Shown piece by piece: positions 1-6,339 of a stretch of 6,598 nucleotides of DNA (position 1 is its first letter; every line of letters begins with the position of its first letter). A program made the position numbers and the translations under genes. The notes under the pieces are model-generated. The model was not told the origin of the DNA and did not search any database. It worked only from the letters and a program-made list of their open reading frames with translations. Location of the stretch: the NCBI GenBank assembly GCA_000388065.2, contig KB932204.1; one strand, 5' to 3'. The stretch is from Fonticula alba ATCC 38817 (lineage: Eukaryota > Protista > Nucleariida).

Positions 1-22
1 CCCCCCCCTTCCTCCCGACGCC

Positions 23-2249
23 ATGAGCTCCTCCCGCTCCGGCCCTCAGGACGAGCGGGCGCCCGGGGCCAATGACGACGTCCCGCGCCGGCCCCTCCCC
101 CCGATGCAATTCCGCCTGTTCCTGCCGCGTTGGCCTCCGGGATCGCCGGAGTCGCCGCCCTCGCCGGAGGCCCGGGCGATGGCCGGGGCCCCCCCCCCGG
201 CCACCGGGGAGGAAGACCACCTGCAGCAGGTCCTACGCCGGGTGCCGCGGATGGTGTCCTTCCTGCTTGACTGCCCGAGCCTCGGGGCCCTGGCCCACGA
301 GGCGGCCCTGAGCATTGTGATTTGCTCGTACTCGGAGACGCTGCATCCGCCGGATTTGGCCTCCTTCAGCCGCGATGACCGGGTGACCATCCTGGACACG
401 GCCAATCAGCTGGCCCGGCGGATGTCCTTCTTCTACCTGCCGCCGGCCACGAGCTGGTCGATGGCGGTGTCCTGCCGGGTGCAGGTGTTCGACGAGACCG
501 GCTTCAGTACCATTGTCTGCGGGGCCAGCCCATCGGAGATGGTCAGCGGCGTGGCCATCCTGGGCGTGCCGCTGGATGCGTCGCCGCCGCTGTCGCCCCG
601 GGGATCGGGCTCCGGTGGTGCATCGGTCCCCGGAGCCGCCCTTTGCGAGGCCCCCGAGGACATTGTGGTTGAGCATGTGCGTGGCTGCTTTGTCTTGCTT
701 TTTTTTCCCCCCCCGCCCCCCTACCCATCCTCCCCTTGTCTCCCCTGTATCCTGCCCTGACCCTCTGTTCTGCTCTCCTGCCACGGTCTCCTGCCACGGT
801 CTCCTGCCACGGTGTCCCATTCTTGCTTGCAACTTCGGGGCCCCGCCTTTCCCTGGGGCTGGTTTCTCCCCCGGGCCGCCTGTCTGCCCGACAGCTGGTA
901 GCCTTCTTCCGGGAGCTGCTGGACAACCCGGTGACCGGGCACCCGGAGGGGGCCTTCCACCCGGGGCAGTCGCTGGACCACATCCCAAGCGCGGTGTATC
1001 AGCCGGCCGGGGCCGGGGCGCTGCAGGGCACCGGCCCGATGGGCTTCATCCGCCAGCGCATCGATGACCTGATGCGGCTGCTGTCCGGGCTGGGAGAGGC
1101 CCTGCAGCTGTCCATGCGCCAGCTCTTCCTGTCGACGGAGCGTGCCCTGGGGATTGTGTTTTCGGTGCCGGAGCCCGGGACCGCGGCCGGGGCCGCCGCC
1201 GGCGCCGCCGGCACCGGCCCGGTGGCCACCACCTCGCTGCTGGACACCCTGGTCGCGCTGCCGCGCCACATTGCCCTCTTCATGCAGGAGCTTGGCCAGC
1301 GAATCTTCCTGGACTTCCGGTCCTTCTTCTCGGAGATGGCCAATGCGGTGCAGCCGCCGGTGCAGGTGCCCCCCATGGCAGCTGGCGGCGGTGCCTCGGG
1401 CGAGGCGTCAGCCGCCCCCATCCCATCGATGCCCCCGCATGTGGCCTTTCATGTGGCCTCGGCCCCGGGGGAGGTTTCCTCGGCCGCGATGCCGGCGGCG
1501 GCCCTTCCCCTGGTGGTGTCTGGTGATGGGGGGCCGGACTTCTCGGCGGCCGAGCCGACCGAGCCCCATCAGCCGGGGGGCGTTGGCCTGCCGGCCGGGG
1601 CCCCGAGCACCCCGACCCCCTCTTCGCTGGCCGTGGAGTGCTCCTCCTCGCTGGCTTCCTCGCTGTCGTCATCGGCCTGCCTGGCCGCCGTGGATGGCTC
1701 CATTCGCGAGGAGTCTGCTCCGGTGACCGGTACCCTGGTGGAGTATGCGCGCAGCATCGACTCGCCGACCGCCAGCCCCGGGTCGTGTGGTATGCTTTCT
1801 CCCCCCTTTCCTCGAGCACTCTTTTTTTTTTTTCGCACGCTTGCTGGCCTTCTTCTTGTATCTGACCTTTCGGTAAAAAAAAATAAAATGCATGTGCCCT
1901 CCCTCTCCCTGGCGCAACAGCCCCCTCGGATGGCCAAGATCCGAGCTCGGATTCGGACGCCTGCTCTTCCAACTCGGAGACCAGCTCCTCCGACTCGGAG
2001 ACCAGCTCCTCGGATTCCGACACCAGCTCCTCGGATTCCGACACCAGCTCCTCGGACTCTGGGACCAGCTCCTCCGACTCGTCCCCCGACTCCTCGCCGG
2101 AGCTCACCCCAGCGCCCTCCCCGCCTTTGACTCCACACCCCGAGCCTGAGCCTGCTCCTGAGCCTGCTCCTGAGCCCGCTCCTGAGCCTGCTCCTGAGCC
2201 TGCTCCTGAGCCCGCTCCTGAGCCTGGGCCCGAGCCTGCTCCTGAGCCT

Positions 2250-2311
<62 letters not shown>

Positions 2312-2315
2312 TCCT

Positions 2316-2347
<32 letters not shown>

Positions 2348-2351
2348 TCCT

Positions 2352-2386
<35 letters not shown>

Positions 2387-2744
2387 TGCCCCTCAGCCTG
2401 GCGCCCCCAGCGACTCGGAGAGCAGTGTCCACCATGCTGACGGGTCTAGCGACTCGTCTGGGGCCTCCTCCCGGGCCTCGTCTGCCCTGTCGTCGCCCCG
2501 GGCTCCTCCGAGCGGCGACCGGGACCTCCTGCTCGATGAGGACTTCATTCTGGTGGACTTCGACGCGGCGGTCAGCCTGCCGGCCACGGCCACCGACCCG
2601 TCCATCCAGATGGCCCCGCTTAGTGCGCCGATCTCCTTCAGCGTCAGCAACAGCAGCAGTGGGATATCCTCCCCGACCGGCGGCGCGGGCACCGATGCCG
2701 CCTCCCGGTCTAGTTCCGACTTCTCGGACAGCGACTTCAAGTGA
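23..2744 (+). CDS. Uncharacterised ~790-aa protein, 3 exons (23-676, 895-1789, 1921-2744): putative folded/helical N-terminal half, Ser/Asp-rich repeat, Pro-Glu rod and C-terminal LIR-like motif
   Basis: ATG at 23 in GCCATG context. Splice junctions CAT|GTGCGT...GACAG|CTG (phase 0) and GTG|GTATGC...AACAG|CCC (phase 1) join ORF frames 23, 736 and 2127 into one stop-free frame of 2373 nt ending at TGA 2742-2744. Exons have GC-rich third codon positions and introns are pyrimidine-rich. No family recognised; an upstream exon outside the window cannot be excluded. Confidence 0.8.
677..894 (+). other. Spliceosomal intron 1 of gene 1 (218 nt, phase 0)
   Basis: GTGCGT donor, poly-T/poly-C tracts, CTGAC at 757-761 (contains the in-frame TGA that ends ORF 23..760), no AG dinucleotide until the terminal ACAG, frames match on both sides. 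Confidence 0.85.
774..813 (+). repeat. Perfect 13-bp tandem repeat (CTCCTGCCACGGT) x3 inside intron 1
   Basis: Units read directly at 775-787, 788-800 and 801-813. Confidence 0.95.
1790..1920 (+). other. Spliceosomal intron 2 of gene 1 (131 nt, phase 1)
   Basis: GTATGC donor, T-tract, CTGAC at 1862-1866, first AG after it is CAACAG at 1920. Splicing restores the frame into the Ser/Asp and Pro-Glu coding exon. Confidence 0.85.
1977..2081 (+). repeat. Coding 21-bp tandem repeat x5, encoding (E/D/G)-T-S-S-S-D-S
   Basis: Units start at 1977, 1998, 2019, 2040 and 2061, e.g. GAGACCAGCTCCTCCGACTCG and GACACCAGCTCCTCGGATTCC, all in the exon 3 frame. Confidence 0.9.
2139..2399 (+). repeat. Coding Pro-Glu/Pro-Ala dipeptide repeat (~87 aa), built from 12-bp CCTGCTCCTGAG and 6-bp CCCGAG units
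   Basis: Read directly; translates [12 protein letters not shown]...PEPEPAPQP in ORF 2127..2744. Confidence 0.95.
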
Positions 2745-4080
2745 CAGTGTGCGGCCGGAGCCGGGGGGTTCTTTCCCCCTTTTTTTCTCTGCCGCGTGTA
2801 CGCGAGGGCGCGGTGGTGTGTGCGGCAGGTGGAATGTTCCCTCTCCCCCCCCCCCCTGTTTGTTGGTGCGCAGGCGCTGTGCGCGCGCACATGCACTCTG
2901 CCCATGTGTGGAAGGAAATACACGCGCTCTATTTTTGTTTTGTTTGCCCCGCTGGTGCTGTGTATGTCCGGGCGCCCAGATTGGGTTTCGCACGCGACTC
3001 GCGGCAGAGAAGGGCAAGGAGGAGGGGGGGGGGGGCGGAAGCAGGAGGCGCTGCGCGTGCGGGTCTCTGCGCCGGGGCGCCTGCGTGGGCGTTTGCATGG
3101 GGGCGGGATCGCCAAAGATCCAGTGACAGGGGGGGTGGGGACCGGGGGAGGGCTGTCTCGCGGGAGAGGGCATCGCGCCGTCGCGAGGGCGGCCTCTTCG
3201 GGTCGGGTCTCTTCCTCGGGGGGCATGGTCTCTTGGGCTGGTCTTGTCTGCGGGCGTCTGGCCAGATCGGCGGCCGGTCCGGTGAGCGGGGCGCAGGGGC
3301 ACCTGTCGAGCGTCGGGCCCCTCCGGTAACTGGAGGCCAGCTGCGGAGGCGGCGTGTTATGGTTAATGGCTTAACCGACCGGCGGCCGGAGATTCGCCCT
3401 CCCGGCGGTTGTGGACGAGAGCGGGAGCGGGCGAGAGGGGGGGGGGGGGGGGGGAGTTGCCACATCCCAGCCGGGGCGGTGTGCGGGCAGAGGGAAGTCC
3501 GTGGGGATACTTCCTGCATGTCTCGGGCGGCACGCCCGGCATCATGGAAGTTCAGCAGGTTGCGCGCTCCCGCGCGCGGCGGCGTCTGTCCGCCGGCGCG
3601 GCCCCCACGGGGCCCCTCCTCGCGTCTTTCCCCAACGTACCAGGCGTTATGCGCCGGGGGGCCGGGAGGAGGGGGGGGGGGGGTGCGCGGAGTTGCCACC
3701 GCGCCTCGTAGGGCAGCAGCCGGTCACGCGTGTGGCAGGGGTGGGAACGGCAGTGTTCACTTCGTCCCGCCCCCCCCCCAATGGCGGCTGAGAACCGATC
3801 GGCTGCCCCGGGGGCCTCCCGGCGGACGGCGGCCAATCTCGGTCATTTGGTCCTGTCCGCCACACATCGTACTTGCTGGCCTCCAGGGGGGGAAAGGGGG
3901 GGGGTCAGGGCCTCCGACCGTCGGGCGGGGCTGGCACACTGGCTCGGTGGCCGTTGTGTCCCAGCGGGGCAGTCCTGCCGCCCTGGCGATCGGGGCGATC
4001 TTTTCGGCGGGGCCCAAGTGCCAGGGCGTTTCGTCGGTGGCGGGGGCCGGCGGGCGGGGGCCCCTCCCTCCCCCGGCGCA

Positions 4081-4088
4081 CATAAAAG
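4081..4088 (+). promoter_or_regulatory. Possible TATA-like element (CATAAAAG) upstream of the SDR gene; CCAAT motifs at 3778-3782 and 3833-3837
   Basis: One-mismatch TATAAAAG in an otherwise very GC-rich spacer, ~150 nt upstream of ATG 4236 and followed by a pyrimidine-rich leader. Motif match only. Confidence 0.3.
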
Positions 4089-4208
4089 GTTTAGTGGCTG
4101 CTGCCTCGTCTCCGGCGTTCGGTAGACCTCTTTGTTGGAATTGCCCAGCTCCCCCTCTCTCTTCTCCTTGCCCTTTGTTTCGCCCTCCTGCCGCCTCTAC
4201 CCCGGCTC

Positions 4209-4226
4209 CACACACACACACACACA
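4209..4226 (+). repeat. (CA)9 microsatellite just upstream of the SDR start codon
   Basis: Read directly. Confidence 0.95.
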
Positions 4227-4235
4227 TATCCAGCC

Positions 4236-5511
4236 ATGACTGCCCCCCTGCCGGATCTCTTCACGCGGCACAGCCTGCCGAAGGACGCCCTTGCGGATAA
4301 CAAGGTCGAGGAGCTGTTTAGCGTCCGGGACCGTGTGNNNNNNNNNNNNNNNNNNNNNNNNNNNNNNNNNNNNNNNNNNNNNNNNNNNNNNNNNNNNNNN
4401 NNNNNNNNNNNNNNNNNNNNNNNNNNNNNNNNNNNNNNNNNNNNNNNNNNNNNNNNNNNNNNNNNNNTCTCTCTCTCTCTCTCTCTCTCTCTCTCGCCCG
4501 CCCTCCCCGGGGGGCAGCGTGGCCGCTGGGCTCTGACGGCCGTTCCCCGCAGCGGAGGCGTACTTCCGCACGCGGAAGGTTGCCGGGCGTGTGGTGGCCG
4601 GGCCGGCGTGCAACATCGACTCGCCGGCCAGCTGCCTGGCGTTCGTGCACGCGCTGGCCCGGGCGCCGTACAACGTAACGCGCGTCAATGCCCTGATCAA
4701 CAATGCCTCGATCCAGGCCCCGGGGCCGGTGGCCACCGACGACGCGGACGAGGCCCTGACCAATGACGATCTGGCGAGCATTCAGCCGGCCGCGGGTTTG
4801 ACGCCGGGGTCCACCTTCGACCAGGGCTTCGAGCGGGTGATGCACACGAATGTCAACGGCACCATGTTCATGACCCGAGCGTACGTCCCTCAAGCGGGAA
4901 CAGCGGGACCAGCGGGGACGGGGCCAGGGCCAGGGCCGGCGCGGGCGAAGAGAAAAAAAGAAAAGGCAGCCTCGCCTCCCGGCGGCTGCGCGGGTTGTCT
5001 CCCCCCCTGGGGCGGCCATCTAACCTCATGATCGCCTCCTTCCCGTGCTCCGATGTGCGTGGCTCCTTCGTCCCCCTCTCCCGGCGGCGGGGCACACAGG
5101 CTCCTGCCGCTGCTCGAGCAGGCGGCTAGCCCGGAGGACCCGGCGCGGGTGCTCATCGTGTCCAGTGTGATGGGCATCTCGGTGGGGCCGTTCGATTCGA
5201 ACTTCGCCTACAGCGCCAGCAAGGCGGCGGCGGTGCACCTGTCCCGGGCACTGGCCAGCTACTTCACCACGGTGGCGCCGATTGCGGTGAATGCCCTGGC
5301 TCTGGGGTACTTCAAGACCGAGATGACCGAGGTCATCACTCGGAATGAGCGGTTCCAGGAGCTGATCCTGGGGGCGACCGTCGGCGGCCGGGAGGCCCAC
5401 GCGCAGGATCTGGCCGCGGCGGTCATCTACCTCCTGTCGCGCGGGGGGGCCTACGTCAATGGCACGGTGCTGACCGTGGACGGGGGCTTTGCGCTGCGGT
5501 CGCGCGTCTGA
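4236..5511 (+). CDS. Classical short-chain dehydrogenase/reductase, RhlG-like subfamily. Exons 4236-(>=4337, runs into gap), 4553-4880 and 5100-5511
   Basis: N-terminal LFSVRDRV precedes the expected Rossmann strand. Motifs seen: LINNAS (NNAG position), TNVNG, LLPLLEQAASPEDPARVLIVSS (cf. RhlG-type LLPLLxxxASxExPARVINIGS), catalytic YSASK at 5209-5223, VNALALG, and C-terminal AYVNGTVLTVDGG. The TGxxxGxG motif is not visible and presumably lies in the gap. Confidence 0.9.
4338..4467. other. Assembly gap (130 N) within the SDR gene
   Basis: Run of N, abutting a (TC)n microsatellite on its right side. Confidence 1.
4468..4552 (+). other. 3' part of an SDR intron (donor hidden in gap), including (TC)14 at 4468-4495
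   Basis: TC microsatellite, CTGAC at 4533-4537 (in-frame TGA), acceptor TTCCCCGCAG at 4552, followed by coding sequence in the SDR frame. Confidence 0.75.
4881..5099 (+). other. SDR intron (219 nt, phase 2)
   Basis: GC|GTACGT donor, CTAAC at 5020-5024, first downstream AG is ACAG at 5099. The splice yields MTRA-LLPLLE, the expected SDR helix. Confidence 0.9.
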
Positions 5512-5969
5512 CCGGCCTGCCGGCCCGTGCGCGTTGTTGCCTTGGCCGAGCGCCACCCGCCGGCCATGTGGGAGAGGCCCCCCCCCAGTTGGGAGGCCGT
5601 CCGCTGGGGAGTCTTTGGGGCATCCCCCCCCCCTGCCTGCGCCGGCTCCTGCTCGCCTTTTGCTTGCCTCCGCCTCAACGAGACATTCCGCCTGGCTGCC
5701 GGGGGCTCATGTTCCAGGGGCCGTGCCCTTGCTTGCGTGTGGGGAAGGTTTTGTGCCGGGCGTGTATGTGTGCGCGCGTGTGACAGCTGCGTCATGTCGC
5801 TGTGTGCGCCCGGCCCGTGCCTCTGCCTGTGTCCCGGGAGACCGAATGCAACATGCTTTGTCTGCCGTGCATATGCGTGAATGTATGGATGTATGTGTGT
5901 ATTTGCGTGGGAATGTATTGCAGCCGTGTGCCTTTGCCCGGGGGAGGGGGGCAGAGGGAGAGGCCACAC

Positions 5970-6339
5970 TCAGCTGGCCGGCGTCGGGGCTGGGTCGGGA
6001 CACCGGGCGGCGGTGGATTCCAGCAGCAGGAAGACCGGCACATGGTCGGAGGTGCCCCAGACGGCTTGGCGGATGCCGGCGCCACGGACGCGGTCCACCA
6101 GCGCCCGGCTGGCGTCCTGTCCCGGGGCAGGGCGACAGTGCTCCGGGGCCGGGGCGTGCGATGCCAGGAAGTAATCCAGTCGCCAGCCGGAGTTCGGGCC
6201 GCGGGTGTCCCCGCGGACGCCCCAGTAGGTGAAGAGGCCGGCCTGGCCGGGGTGTCGCTGGCGGATGACGTCGGTCAATTGACCGGTCTGAAGGAGGTTG
6301 GAAAAGCCGGCACGCTCCTCGAGGGTAAAGCCGGCGGTC
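5970..6339 (-). CDS. APEX1: Terminal exon of an exonuclease III / APE1-family AP endonuclease (5' exons lie beyond the window)
   Basis: Translates TAGFTLEER...FTYW...RxxNxGWRLDYFLAS...SDHVPV, the ExoIII/APE1 C-terminal signatures including the catalytic Asp and His. Acceptor TTCTCATCCAG at 6340, TGA at 5972-5970. The GWRLDY motif and short C-terminus point to APE1-like rather than APE2; strict orthology is not proven. Confidence 0.92.

Noticed and set aside
290-310. LAHEAAL as a zinc metalloprotease motif in gene 1
   Set aside because: The second His of HExxH is absent.
23-760. ORF 23..760 and ORF 736..2130 as separate single-exon genes
   Set aside because: Their ends run into T/C-rich intron sequence with clear donors, branch points and acceptors; splicing joins them into one gene.
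774-813. 13-bp x3 repeat as CRISPR-like or transposon footprint
   Set aside because: Contiguous units without spacers, terminal inverted repeats or target-site duplication; a simple intronic minisatellite.
1569-3302. 577-aa minus-strand ORF with GLGL/RSRL repeats, and 275-aa ORF 1280..2107 with SESEELV repeats
   Set aside because: Antisense shadows of the Pro-Glu and Ser/Asp coding repeats; stop codons are rare in this GC-rich repeat DNA.
3361-3376. Histone 3' stem-loop (6-bp stem, 4-nt loop, GG...CC)
   Set aside because: Stem and loop do not match GGYYYU-UYUN-ARRRCC, and there is no histone gene upstream.
3355-3410. tRNA-like fragments (TGGTTAA, GATTCG)
   Set aside because: No cloverleaf, no GTTCRA T-loop and no acceptor stem on either strand.
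3507-3551. U1 snRNA 5'-end-like ATACTTCCTG and an imperfect hairpin at 3509-3551
   Set aside because: Lacks one base of ATACTTACCTG and no U1 stem-loops or Sm site follow; imperfect hairpins of this size are expected at this GC content.
5509-5880. Stop-codon readthrough of the SDR into in-frame ORF 5527..5880
   Set aside because: Stop context is TGA-CCG, not the TGA-CTA readthrough motif; the extension is UTR-like and ends RAYA with no targeting signal.
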